From: Octopus vulgaris
Taxonomy: Eukaryota
Assembly (NCBI GenBank): GCA_951406725.2
Contig: OX597823.1
Span: 54,064,001-54,128,000, forward strand
Direction of reading: 5' to 3'
DNA: 64,000 nt
The first letter of the stretch is position 1; every line of letters begins with the position of its first letter. Below, piece after piece: positions 37,733-54,239 of this stretch. Under the pieces are notes generated by a model that worked only from the letters and a program-made list of their open reading frames with translations, did no database searches and had not been told where the DNA came from. Position numbers and translations under genes: made by a program.

Positions 37733-38115
37733 ATACGAGCAAAACGCCCCCCGTCCAATGAACGGTGTTCAGTTGTCAAACATTTAAACCAAATTTTCTC
37801 AAAACAACTTGTCCGACCGTTCCATAGGCCTATCCTTTGAAACACTGATTTAACCTAAATTTGAGGCACCGTGCATTTTTCTCGCGTACGTGTAGTATCG
37901 ATCGCAACAGCTGATGTACTTGCGCGTATAAATGCACGTTCCCACGGCTTTATCGATCGCATTCTCACCTGGAATCGATTTTTGTAATTTTTTCAAGACT
38001 TATACACGCCCTGATACCGTCGGTATCTACATATCAAATTTGAGCGCAATCGGATGGAAGATGCCCAAGATCCTAGAAGACAGACAGACAGAACGGATTT
38101 TATGTAATATATATA
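37733..38115 (-). mobile_element. short Helitron-like (DINE/HINE-type) element, tail-to-tail with the previous Helitron
   Basis: Minus-strand 5' end (TA)n..AAAATCCGTTCTGTCTGTCTGTC. Contains a CAAATTTGAGCGCAATCGG motif and a degenerate 3' hairpin. Confidence 0.45.
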
Positions 38116-38349
38116 TATATATATTGATTATTGATTAAGATGTATTTCTGTATTTCTCCATTTCCTTATTTTGTATTATTAATTTGTGGTAAAACATTTT
38201 ACCTTTGCCCATATGATACAGTGAATGAATTAATTGCGACGCAATTCTTAACATTTATGTATTAACTTTGTTGGGTGCTTTACTAGCAGTATATTGGATA
38301 CATGTTATCCCATGGTGGGTTGCACTCACAACCCCTATCTCAATTTGTA

Positions 38350-38411
<62 letters not shown>

Positions 38412-38445
38412 GTTTGTATTTATGTATGCATGTAGTTTAAATTTA

Positions 38446-38764
38446 CAGAAAACAAGAGATGAAGACAGGTGTAGGAACAATAACTAGGTGTGTTATTTTA
38501 ACGCTTGGGAAGAATGGAAAAGTCTTTTACGTTTCGAGCCAACGTTCTTCGAGAGACAGCATTAAGAGGAAAAACACGGAGAGAGAATGAAAAAAAATAT
38601 TAAAAAAAAAAACGGAGAGAGAAAAAAATGTGCAGAGTTCAACGGTCCAACATGAGGAAATAACCAGAGAAAAGATGTTGAATGAAAGGGAGATAATAAC
38701 GATAACGATAACGGTGACACCCCCAACGAACCAAGGCGTGCAAGCGCATGTATGTATGTGAAAA

Positions 38765-38820
<56 letters not shown>

Positions 38821-41420
38821 ATGGGAGGGCGAATGTGTGAGTATGTATGTGGGCGAGCTGAAAACTATGTGGGCCTGTTTGTGTTTATGAGTATTAGTAA
38901 CCCAGTGTGTACATTATATGGAGCGATATGCATTCTATGTACTGGTAGGTGTGTGTGTGTGTGTGTATGCATATAGACGTGTGTATGTATGTGTGGGGTA
39001 ATCACGTGTATGTGTGTGCAAACGCACGGGCCTGAGTGTGTATGTGTACAAGTAACCTGATGTGTGGAGTGATGTGCGTTTTGTGTATTTGTGTGTGTGT
39101 GTGTGCATGGACGTGTGCATATGTATGAGGCTAACATATGTGCGTATGTTGTGTATAGCAGTTGGTGTGTGCTTATTCAGGCTGTGTGTGCATATGTATA
39201 GTGTATATGTATAGTGTGCATGTGTATAGTGTGCATATGTATAGTGCATATGCATGTGTTTATGCTTGTTGCGTTGTGGGTATATATTGTCTGTGTTCAG
39301 GTATTATGTGCTTGTGTTGGTGTGTGTGCATAATGGTGTGTGATTTGTGTACTGACTTGGACAGCATGTGGTACTGCTCGTATGAGTGGTGACACTATTG
39401 AAGTGTGAGTGCAGGTGTGTGGATAATGGTGTGTGGTGTGGGTGCTGAGAAATGTTTGGTGCTTGTGTGCATCGAGTGGGATGGTTTTTATGTGTGTGTC
39501 AGTGTGTGAAATGGTGTGTGAAGTAAATAATTAGTTGAACAGTGTGTATAGGTGTTTGTATAGTGGTATGTATGTGGTGACGGTACCGAAGTAGGCGGTA
39601 TGCAGATGTGTAGGTGGAAGGGGGGGTGCTATTGAATGTGGGAGGTGTGTGGGAATCCGTGTGGAGCTGGTGTCATGAAGAGAGGTAGTGGGCGCAAAGG
39701 AACGAAGAGAGAAGATTAATTCCTGTTCACAGCGGAAGTGGGAGCCCGGGTGATCCCTGTGCAGAGACAGTCCGAACATAGACAGATGTTGTAGCGAATG
39801 ACCGATAGAGCGGAAGTGGAGCGAGACCGGGATGTCATTGCTGAGTCTGGTGTCTCGGAGGTGCTCCGTGAACCTGTCAGCCCTGTTTAACAAATGTACA
39901 GGGAATGACAGAGAGAGCAGGAAATGCAGTAAATAACATTACTGGAGGTGTAGATAAAGGAGTCGGCGACGTGATAGGGAAGTGATGGGTGCCAGTGAAG
40001 ATGGTGGTGTTGGAGAGGTAGGGGTAGGAGCGACAGTGTGGGTGGGAGTAAGGGGAAGAAGCCAGGATGGGAGGCAGGAGTAGGGAAGAAAATGTGGATC
40101 AGGAGGTTATGGGCTCGTTTGAAAGAGGAAAGAGGTGGGTCAGGGAAGATGTGTGAGATGGAGGGATCGGACTGAAGTCGCTGGGAGGTTCGGAGAGTGG
40201 TGCAGGGGGTAGGGTGGAGGGGTGGTAGGTGTGGTGAAACGGGAGACGGGTAAGCGTGGGGTGGGTGCAAAGAGGAAGTGCAGAGGAACGATCCACAGAT
40301 CGTGCCCGAGCAAGGGCAGTGTGGATAATGGTGTGGGGATATCCACGTAGGATGAAGTGGCGAGCCATGAGTTGAGATTGGGTCTCCAAGTCATGGTCAT
40401 CACTACAGAGCCGGTGTAGACGGAGGAATTGGGACTAGGGAATAGGGGATGGAGAGCTTAGTGTGGGTAGGGTGGGAGGAGAGGTTAAGGTAGGAGTGTG
40501 AGTCAGTATGTTTGTAGTGGATGGAGGTAGTGAGAGTGGAGTGGTGTATGTTGACAGAAATGTCGAGAAAGTCGACGGAAGAGTTAGAGATAGTGCAGGA
40601 AAATTCGAGGGCAGGATGAAAGGATTGGAGAAAAGAGAGGAAGGGGTCAAGATGTTCGCGGGAGAGTGAGGTCGCGACGATCAGTCATCGATATTACGAC
40701 CGTATAGCTTCGGAGTGGGACCAGTGAACTGTGAAAATATTTGGACCTCAACATAGCCAACTGTGAAAATATTTGGACCTCAACATACAGAAAACAAGAG
40801 ATGAAGACAGGTGTAGGAACAATAAGCAGGTGTGTTATTTCAACGCTAGGGAAGAATGGAAAAGTCTTTTACGTTTTGAACCAACGTTCTTCGAGAGAAA
40901 GGATTAAGAGGAAAAACACGAAGAGAGAATGAAAAAAAAAAAAAAAAACGAGAGAGAAAAAATGTGCAGGGTTCAACGGTCCAACATGACGAAATGACCG
41001 GAAAAAAGAGGCTGAATGAAAGGGCGATAATAATAATAATAACGATAACGGTGACTCCAACGAACTAAGGTGCGCAAGCGAGCTTGTGTGCATGGGAGAA
41101 TGGTGCGTGTGAATGTGTATGTGTGAATGGGAGGGCGAGAGTGTGGATATGTATGTGTGGGTAGGCTGAAAATTGGGTGGACCTGTGTATGTGCATGTGT
41201 ATAAATAACCCAGCGTGTACATTATGTGGAGTGATATGCATTCTATGTACTGGTAAATATGTGTGTGTATGTATGTATGTGTGGGGTAATCATATGTGTG
41301 TGCAAACGTATGGGCCTGTATGTGTGAGTATGTGTAAAGTAACCTAGTGTATGCGTTGTGTGGAGTGATGTGCATTTGTATGTGTGCTGGCGTATGGACG
41401 TGTGTGTGTATGTATGTGAA
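38446..41420 (-). mobile_element. Penelope-like element: truncated RT and GIY-YIG flanked by direct pseudo-LTRs (38446-39130 and 40787-41420)
   Basis: Minus strand reads PTPKLYGRNIDD (RYIDD), FLDIS, SQFLRLHRLCS, HFILRGYP, SSNVIYCISCSLCHSLYI and DRFTEHLRD..PVSLHF. Both pLTRs begin ACAGAAAACAAGAGATGAAGACAGGTGTAGG and carry a degenerate GAAGA..CTCGAAACGT hammerhead motif. Confidence 0.88.
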
Positions 41421-42504
41421 TATACACACGTAATACACAGTTTCTGTATATCCAAAATCACTCATAAGGCATTGATTGGCTGGGAACTATTGTAGAAGAC
41501 ACTTGTCCAAGGTCACTCTCAGTGGAACTGAGCCCGAGATCACTTAATTGTAAAACGAGCTATATATTTTAAATCTATTTGAGCTAGTCAGAGAAAGAAG
41601 CAAAACTCTTACTCCTATAGTCTCCCATACAATTAAAGAAACCCTTCTAAATCAGCAATATCTGCGGTCCTTGCTGCCAGTCAGATAAAAATATAATCTT
41701 AACAATGTCTTTTGTAGACGTTGATGTTTAATTCGAAGGTAGCCCAGATGAAGCAGGCCTATGACCAAAAACTTTCTAACTATGACCGTTTCATCTTTTT
41801 TCTTTTAGATATAGTGTATCTAGGATTAAGTTATATAACGCGTCCTTTCATTTTACATTTAAGATGGTTAAATGCAATTTAAAAGAAATTCGTTGCAATT
41901 TCTAGCGGGTTGAGTGACCAAGTAGTGAGCGGTTAAGTTGTATAGTTCTTTTTTCGGTAAGGTAAGGAAGAAACTGTGGATACCAAAGATGTTAAAAAAA
42001 CTCCACATCTTCAAAGTTGGAAATCACGGTAGGAATAATGAGAGAAGCATTTACACGAAGTGCGTGCGTTTGCGTAGGTGCGTGCGTGTGTGTGCGTGTG
42101 AACAAGTGAGTTTGATAGTTTAGATGGAGCCGCATGTAATATAACCACTTGAGCTGATTACTTTACATGCAGCGGGTGTGAACAGACAAGCTGGATATTT
42201 TGCATAAGGTGGATGTGCGCTTGATACTGGGTGTGAGCAAACAAGTTGGATACTTTACATGGTACTTTACGAGTTTCTAATCTTCAAACTTGTCTTTTCC
42301 ATGACCCGAAGGGAAGTCGGACAAAAGGCAAAGGCATGACTTGTATTACTATTGTTATCAGGAGTGTACGCCTCCAAAACTCCCGTTGAGAGTTATAGGT
42401 CAAGTAACAAACTCTTTCTTTTCTCCATTCGTTTTATAGTTGTTATTGTAGGACTTTAAAAGTAGGACGAAAAATTAGAATCGACTGAAAAAAATTAAAG
42501 AAAA

Positions 42505-42559
<55 letters not shown>

Positions 42560-43369
42560 GAAATGAAGAAAACGCTGACAAAATAATTTAAGTAATTTAA
42601 GTAATTTAATAAGGTGAAGTTCTTTTTACCGGTTGCGCATTTGTTATGCTTATCAAAAGAGAGATAGAGTTCCTTTCTGATAGATTTTTTCCTCTTATCT
42701 GACTTTATGTTGGGTCTGCTGTCTCTTATGTGAAAAAAGAGGCTCCAGAGTTGTTTAAGATTTGCTTGGTTTCGCGCCTAAAATTTCTTGTGGACAATGT
42801 TCAATACAATTTTGATTGGTCATTATGAAGGGGTCACGTGAATGTTTGAATGGAAGTTGGTGTTGGGGTAAGAAAAAAGGCTCCAGAGAAGTTAAAATTT
42901 GGCTAGTGTCGCGCCTAAAATTTCTTATTGGTCATAATAAAGAGGTCACGTGGATGTGGTCATAATAGAGAGGTCACGTGAATGTTTAGAATTTTCGAAA
43001 ATAGCGTTGTTGAAAATTCTTATTGCTTAGGCTGGTCAGTAGACGTCATGTGGATATTTTAAATAGCTTTTTAGCGCGTAGTTAGGGAGTGTATTTTCCG
43101 CTTGACTGAATTTGAGCTGGATAAGTAAGTTCGTTTAGGACAGGAAAAGCTATATGTATGTATGTGTGTGTGCGCGCGCGCGCGCGCGTGTGTTTATATG
43201 TATGTTGGGGCGCGCGCGCGTGTATATATGTGTGCGTGTGTGGGTACAATTTTCAATATGTATAGTTCTGCTGGTCTTGTGCCTGTATCGGGAAGCAACG
43301 TGTTTGTGTGAAGTCAATATTTACAGTCATTTCCAAAAAATAGTGTTGGATGTTTTGCACCCGTATTTT

Positions 43370-43400
<31 letters not shown>
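42560..43400 (-). mobile_element. degenerate Penelope pLTR-like sequence with internal tandem subrepeats
   Basis: Hammerhead remnant (minus strand TTGATAAGCAT..ATGCGCAACCGGTA). Repeated GGTCACGTG and CGCGCCTAAAATTTCTT units. Bounded by (TA)n. Confidence 0.4.
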
Positions 43401-43432
<32 letters not shown>

Positions 43433-43587
43433 GTGTATACGTATTGTTTTGATTACATCTTTAAACATGCCCGTACACACATAAAAATCTTTTTTCCATA
43501 ATCGTATTAATTCCATTATGCAGAAGATAGAATCGAAAAAAATTTGTAAAAATTCGGAAAAAAAAGTTAGTGGGGAGTTTTAGCATT

Positions 43588-43667
<80 letters not shown>

Positions 43668-43919
43668 TTTGAAGGCTAAAACAATACGAAGCGCATTGTG
43701 ACCAGCGATGTGTAGCAATATCTGATAGTCTGGTCGGTCACGGTGACGGTGATTATATATATATATACATCATAACCCCGCCCAAATTCTTATTTAAATG
43801 CTGATTCTTTGGGACGAATCATTAAAGACATTTAAAGTTACTATCTTGTTCTATGTATTCCTTTATACCGTGTTCCTGTCAAATGATATTACAGCCTTCT
43901 GAGTAGAGTCTCATTAGCT

Positions 43920-46625
<2,706 letters not shown>

Positions 46626-46910
46626 ATATGTGAGTGTGAGTGTGTGTATTTTATTTCTGTCTTTCTATCGGTAATTAAAACGCACAAGGTGAGTTGGTAG
46701 TAAACACATATTTGACCTCTGCTGACCGCTCTTTTGCTGGACCACATGGGTACAATCACTCTTTCACCACTCGCCTACTCCCATTGAGTCTATTTATAGA
46801 CTAACGATATCTAACTGTATGACTGCCAACCTGCCCTCTCCTTCCTCTAAATAATAATAATAATAATAATACACTGTTGCCTTCTCCTTCCTCTAAATAA
46901 TAATAATAAT

Positions 46911-49900
46911 ACACTGTTGCCATGACTACAAGGAGTGACCACAGGCCGGCTACGGCTGCTATAATGGTACGATTATAATTGTAACGGCAATGATGGCCGT
47001 CTCCCCGCGAGCCACTCAGAGCTCAAAAATTATAACATTATCGTAGCACCAAAATGTTTTTGGAAACTAAAAGGAAGACTAAATCAGTATACCAAATCAC
47101 TTGTCCTATAGTTAATCTGGAAGCGCGTCCCCCAGGGAAGAGCCAGCCTGGGATCGAAAAGTCATCAACTGGCACAAACTCTTCTCCGAATACGGACATG
47201 GATGGTCACTTGAACGGGAAATTCCCCAACTCGAGCCCTCCAAGTTCACCACCACAACCACCACAGAAAGAAAAATGTAAGCGGAACAAATGGACCCGAG
47301 AAGAGTATAAAGAAGTAATATACGCTTATTACTATGCATTAGGTAGGCCATCTCAAGAGAGACACACCGCAAACTCTTACAGTATATGGAGAACACGGAA
47401 TCAAGACAGTAGACCCTATTTGGACGAGAACAAATTGGCAAATGTGAGGAGGGATATCCTTAGAAATAACAGACTCACAGACAGTGAAATAAGCGCGATC
47501 AAGCACGCAACGGAAAATGACATAAATATAAGACACAAAGGAAATGAAGAATCAGATGAACAGAATAGCCCGCCACGAGGTTTAATTGAAATACTGCCAT
47601 CTGACCAAAGCACGTAAAGGCCTGAAGATACAAGAAATTCTATTGAACCTGTTAAAGACAGTCAGGAAAATGATAAAACGACAGTAACTGAAGATCTCGC
47701 ATTTGCTGAAGAACACAGAGAGTCTATGGCAGAAATGAGGCAGAAAATCCTGAATACGCTTGAAGTTGTAAGACATACAAGTATGAATGATAGAGAACCA
47801 CTTCATAAACTCTCAAATACAAACCAAAATAAAAAACAAATCAAAATTGGCAACTATGTAACAAATGAAATAATACAAGAATTAAAACCTGATTTTACTG
47901 AGTTAAATGAAATTATTTACGCTTCTGCTAGGGCAATTGAAACCAGCTGTATGCCCCCGAAAAAAACAAAGAAAACCAAACCTGGGAAGAAATCAAACCT
48001 GGAGAAGTAAAATTGAAAAAGAGATTGAATTTATGAGAGGGGAAATATCAATATTAAATGAACTAATATGTGGAAATGATGTAAGATCCGGAACAGGAAG
48101 AAAGATGAAGAGAAAATTTGGATCCTCACCAAGAGAAGAACTGATATCAATAAAAGAAACGCTGAAACAAAAAGTCCAAGCAAAAGCTCAAAGAATACGA
48201 AGATTTGAGAAGAGAAACAAGTTTTACAAGCAAAATAAGCTGTTCACATCCAATGCCAAACAATTCTACACAGAAATAGGGAAGGAGAAAGTAACCGTTA
48301 AAGACCCCCCCTCCCATGGAAGAAGTTCAAAACTTTTGTAAAAGGATTTGGAGTGACGAGAAGACGTACAACATAAATGCAGACTGGATTATACAAACAG
48401 AAGGATCCTACCAAAATTTACAACAACAAGTATGGGAAGACATCACAGTAGCAGACCTAAGAAAGGCACTCACGAAGGCCCATAATTGGAAATCCCCCCG
48501 GTAAAGATAGGGTGCCGAATTTCTGGCTCTCATCGCTCCCATGCGCACACGGTAAGCTAGTTCAGCTGCTCAATGGAATTATGAGAGACGCAAAGAAAAC
48601 ACCTGAATGGTTAGCAAGTGGTATTACTTACCTACTTCCAAAAAAACTATCGGCCTATAACCTGTTTATCCACCACGTATAAAATCCTAACATCTATCCT
48701 GGCGGAGAAAACATATGCATTCATGGAGAAGAGCGATATTTTCCCCATTGAACAAAAAGGATGCCGCCGAGGCTCATACGGATGCAAAGATCAACTGCTA
48801 ATTAATCGTATGATCCTTGAGAACTGTCACTACAAGCGCAGAAATCTCAGCTCCGCATAGATTGACTATAAAAAGGCCTTCGACAGTATACCGCATTCAT
48901 GGATCTTGAAATCGCTAGACATCTTCAAAATTTCCCCTGTGATTTCAAGCTTCCTGAAGCATAATATGTCGTTGTGGAATACGAATCTTCAATTATACCA
49001 CTCTAATGGAGTACTTGCCTCAGAGAATATAAACATCAACTGTGGAATTTTTCAAGGTGACTCACTTTCACCTCTAATATTCTGCATAGCCCTAATACCT
49101 CTAACAAGTGAATTAAACAGAACAGGGTATGGGTATAAAATTGTCAATAAAAACTAAGCCATCTATTTTATATGGATGACTTAAAACTCTATGGTAAAGA
49201 CGATAATGAACTTGAAGGCCTATTGCGCACTGTGAAAGCATTCAGTGATGACATTGGGATGGAGTTTGGGCTTGAGAAGTGTGCCAAGGCCACTTTCCAG
49301 AAAGGGAAAGTGATGACCACAAATTCAGTCGTGTTAGATGTTGACACAGTTATAAGAGAGCTTGAGGGATAAATGAAGGCTCTGGTATTCAGCATGCAAG
49401 CATGAAAGAGAAGATCAGGAAGGAATGTTATAGGAGAGTTCGAGCAGTCCTGAAATCTGAACTAAATGCACGTAACAAGGTGTTAGCTATAAATTCCTTA
49501 GCAGTTCCAGTTGTTACTTATAGCTACAATGTGTTGAACTGGAATATGAGTGAAGTAAAGAAAATAGATAGGAAAATACGCAAGCTGCTGAGTTGTAATA
49601 GGATGCACCACCCAAAGGCAGACGTAGATCGTCTTTACCTCCCCAGAGTCCAAGGAGGTCGAGGCCAGATCCAATTTGAACTAGCTTACAAAACAACACA
49701 GTTGGACTGGCCAAATATCTTGTAATAACGAATGACTGGATGCTAAAACTCGTGGAAAATCAAGAGAGACGAAAGAAGCTTCATTCTATCATAAAGGAAA
49801 GCAGAACATTTGCTATTGATCTCGTGCAGGATACCCAAACTGAACAACCCGAGGGAAGTACGGCAACTATTGTTGCAAAGAAGGTGAAAATAATGGCAAC

Positions 49901-50846
49901 GAAAAAAGCGCACGAGCAATTGGCTGATAGGTGGGAGGAGAAACCTCTGCACGGCAATATGTGGCCCGTAGCAAACAAGCTGATGTTGACCAGAAGCAAA
50001 CCCATCAGTGGCTACGGAGCTCAGGGCTAAAAGCAGAGAGCGAAGGTTTCATCCTGGCTGCTCAAGATCAAAGCCTATTAACCCGGAACTACCAGGCCAA
50101 TGTGATGAAAAATGGAGCAGACCCAAAATGCCGATTCTGCAACGACATGATTGAAACAGTGGACCACCTAATCTTTGGATGTAAAGTCTTAGCACCAGTG
50201 GAGTATAAATTAAGACATGGCAGAGTTGGCCAATATCTACACTGGCTAATAAGTCGGCATTACAATATCAAAACTGCCGAAAGCTGTAACTGAAGGAGAA
50301 AATGTAACGATTCTGTGGGACTTTCCAGTACATACAGACCGAACCATCAAAGCCAATAAACCGGATATAGTTGTGAAAGACCAAAACAATAAAGTTTGCT
50401 TATTGATCGACATGAGCATCCCCTGTGATCATAATATCTCAGCGAAAGAATTTGACAAGCTCAGAAAATATAAAGACCTGCTCATTGCAATTAAGAAAAT
50501 GTGGCATCTCAAGGCGGTTACAATACCAGTGATCGTAGGAGCACTAGGAATGATCAAGAAGGGAACCGAAAATTATATGAGAATGATCCCTGGCGTACCA
50601 TCCCTGCAAGAAGTGCAAAAGATTGTCTTAACTGGTACATCACACGTATTGAGAAGAGCATTTCGATGTGAGAACTATTACTACCCATGTATTTTAATTT
50701 AACTTTATTTCTATAAAAAAAAAATGAACGAACTAGCGAGTTTAGTTTAATGGCCTACTAATGTATACTATGAGTTTCTCTGCCCTAGGAGTCGGGAAGA
50801 CACTCGGCAAGAAATGGAAGCAAATTTGAAAGAAGAAGAAAAACCC
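46911..50846 (+). mobile_element. full-length, mutated R4/Dong-clade RLE non-LTR retrotransposon in a (TAA)n target
   Basis: Single disrupted ORF with RNKWTREEY, NYRPITCLSTTYKILTSIL, EQKGCRRGSYGCKDQLLIN, IDYKKAFDS, GIFQGDSLSP, YMDDLKLY, RLYLPRVQGGRG, CRFCNDMIETVDHLIFGC and KPDIVV..LLIDMSIP..KLRKYKDL. TAAATAATAATA on both flanks. Confidence 0.92.
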
Positions 50847-50858
50847 ATAAATAATAAT

Positions 50859-51672
50859 AGGAACAATAAGCCAATGTGATGGAAAACAGTGAAGACTCGA
50901 AGCGCTGATACTGCAACGATGAGATTGAAACAGTGTACCACCTAATCTCTGGGTGTAAGGTTTCAGCACCAGTAGAGTACAAATCTAGACATGACAGAAT
51001 TGGCCAATATCTACACTGAATAATATGTCGGAATTATAAAATGGAAGCTACTGACAAATGGTGCAAGCACCATCCCGAGGCTGTAACTGAAAGAGAAATT
51101 GTAACGATTCTTTGGGACTTTCCAGTGCATATAGACCAGACCATCAAAGCCAATAAACCGGATGTTGTAAAAGTCTAAAAAAAAAATCTGTTTATTGATT
51201 GACATGAGCATAACTTGTGGTCATAATATCTCGGCAAAAGAATTTGATAAGCTCAGAAAATATAAAGATTTGCTGATTGAGATCGAAAAAAGGTGGCATC
51301 TCAGGACAGTTACAATACCAGAGATTTTAGGAGCACTTGGAATGATTAAAACGGGAACTGAAAATTTGAGGATGACTTCTGGTTTATCATCCATCCATGC
51401 AGGAGGTGCAAAAAATTGTCTTAGCTGGTACGTCACACGTATTGAGAAGAGCATTGTCACTGTGAATTTTCTTTCTCCCCCTAATTTTCTTTGTTTTCTT
51501 TTTAAAATTTCTTTTTTCCTTCTTTCCTGTCTTCACCAACTTTTTTTTTCTATCACACGACCTTGTAAATGAACAATCTGGTGTATACCAATGTATACAG
51601 TGAGTTTCTTTGCCCTAGGTGTTGGAAAAACACTCGGCAAGAATGAAAACACAATAGAAAGACAATAATAAT
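50859..51672 (+). mobile_element. second, older 5'-truncated R4/Dong copy in tandem
   Basis: CNDEIETVYHLISGCKVSAPVEYKSRHDRIGQYLH and IDMSITCGHNISAKEFDKLRKYKDLL. Has its own 3' UTR (GCCCTAGGTGTTGGAAAAACACTCGGC) and (TAA)n. Confidence 0.85.
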
Positions 51673-51830
51673 AATATATACACACACACACACACAATAT
51701 TTATGGTATATATATATATAAAATAATATGTACAATTACTCAATAGTCAAGATAAAACTCTGAGTTTCAGATACCGAAGTGGAAATCTTTCTTTCTTTTG
51801 TTATCTTACCGCTTTTACCAATATATATAT

Positions 51831-51911
<81 letters not shown>

Positions 51912-52291
51912 ACATACATATATATATATATTTAAGTATATTTACATGACATGGGGAAAATTTGCCTCGCATCTATGGAATGTATGCAAAATTGTTTGTA
52001 AATAATGTGTGCCGTGGTTAAATTTGATATTTTTCTCATTGGGAGATATTTGTTTACGAAGAAATTTAGGGCGTGTTATATTAGGAAAGTTATTAAGATT
52101 AATGGTGGAATGGTTTTTATCGGTGGCATTGCTATTGTTTAAGCGTGCGTGTGTGTATGTCTGCTTGCGTATTTGAAATTTTTTTGGATCAGGATTAAAT
52201 GGTTTCTAGACTTGCTTGTCAATTTTAAATTTTATGCAACCGGCTATATCTTTATTTGTGATTGCATAGTTTTCTTAATATATATTTTAAA

Positions 52292-52362
<71 letters not shown>

Positions 52363-52559
52363 CGCGTGTGTATGTACGCGTGTTTATATGTGTGCCTCAT
52401 GTCAAGGATTGTTTATATTTATGCCGTGATAATTTGTATGTGGGATGTATTGAATGGCTTTATCTGGGGTAGCTGCTTGCGATTCGATTTACATGGAGGT
52501 CAGTATATTTTCTCACTGCATGCTTAGAGCATTTCGCTTTATCCTGGTTAGACTATTTC

Positions 52560-53360
52560 GTTTGATGCTGAAAATATTTTGATGTCTGTAAGGTGGCATG
52601 ATCCCATCTCATATTTAGTTAGTGTGAGTTTTGTGTAGTTATGCTGTATTTTTTCTGAGATCACAAGGAAAGATTCTGGAACCCTTTAAGCACGATGAAG
52701 CACAATCAAATGTTTACCATTTTATGGTTGCAGTTATATTGCTTTCTTTTAACTCCCAGATATATTTGGAGAGTGACACCGCCTTTTTTCTGTTTACATT
52801 CTGGAATGTATGCGAGTATTATGTGTACTTGTCTTTGAAGTGTCAGAAACTTTTAGCGAATTTGTATTCTACACACGGGGATTCATACGATTATGCAAAA
52901 ACCAAAGAAAAAAAAGAGAAAAAATTTGGTGCGTGACATAAGGCCTATTTAACTGTTATTTTCAGTTCATCTCACAACCATTTCATACCTCGTGTGTTTT
53001 AAGCATTTAATAAGCGACAAAAAGAACATGTGGTGGACAGCTTGGCTTGTTACTGTGGAAACAGGCACCTATATATCTGTGGCTTTCGAATGGCTAAAAT
53101 TACCCAAAATTTGCAAACTTTAAAATCTATTAACTTTTTATTTATTGATTCATATCGAAAATGAATTTCCTGTCAATAATTACAAGACAAAACTACATCA
53201 ATGCACCAAATATGAAATCAATTGGAACAAAATTGAAGAAATTGAAAAGCAGCAGCAAAACAGAAAAGGTCCCAGCTAACTATTATATTATTACTTTTGA
53301 AGAGTTTGTGGCATTTAAGTTACGAGGAGAAGAATTTGCTGATTAGTGCTAGGAAGGTGT
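52560..53360 (-). mobile_element. degenerate Penelope-like GIY-YIG region
   Basis: Minus strand reads LISKFFSS*LKCHKLFKSNNIIVS, then FKDKYT*YSHTFQN..AVSLSKYIWELKES..IKW, resembling a PLE linker and GIY-YIG C-terminus. Confidence 0.5.
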
Positions 53361-54239
53361 GAGCTACATTTGTTGTTGTGTGATGCTGAAGAGTGAGATG
53401 AACCAGATGAAGTTTCGTTTTCTGCCATTGTTTTTTTTGGTAAATTATTGTCCGTTGGGTTTGGGGCATGTATTGTAGTTTGTCTTTGAATCATTATTAA
53501 AATACGAAAGAATATGCGTTCATGAATTTGTTTTGCAAGATTCCTGACATGAAATCGTGTGTTGAAACAGATATTGTTATATTTCGGGACTGTCATTTTT
53601 CTCTTGCCAAATGAATACACGCACCATATATTCGTTCTTCGCTTGTTTCTTATTGTTCTTATTTTATGTTCATTGTATGGAAATCTTTCATCACGCACTT
53701 GTGGCCTCTTCGTCGACGTTTCATCCCAGGTGTTTACTCCTGTTCTGTTTAGTCCCTTCAATGCCCTAAAAATGGCACAGCTTAGCGATAACATTGTTCA
53801 GTTATCTGGGCATGCCATTATCAATTGCTTAAAGGGATCCGTGCGGCTGGCAATATGTAGAAGAGGAGGAGACGGTATGATATTCGTCGCGGCGGCGATG
53901 CAGCGAAACCCGGAGTTGAAGCCACGGTTCTGTCCGGGAAGAAGGGACATACTCGTAGACAAATGTTCTGGAATTCTTGAGGCGTGACTGTCAACAGGTA
54001 TAAGAGGTAATGAATGCATTAGGGAGGTGGTTGTGGTGTGGGACGATGAGTGTGTGCGTGTGTGTTTGTGAGAGCGAAAGGGAGAGAGAGGAAGAGTGAG
54101 AGTGAGAGAGAGAGAGAGTGAGAGTGGGAGAAGAATGGACAGGACGTACATTAAACAGGTCCACCGAACTTGAATGACTTCGGTTACTAGCTGGGTTATA
54201 GTAATGCTAAAGGAATATTAGAATCACTCTACATAAGCG

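Noticed and set aside
46911-47055. HDV-like ribozyme in the 5' UTR of the RLE element, as known for some R2/R4 elements
   Set aside because: I could not assemble the nested double pseudoknot by eye. A structure-descriptor search would be needed.
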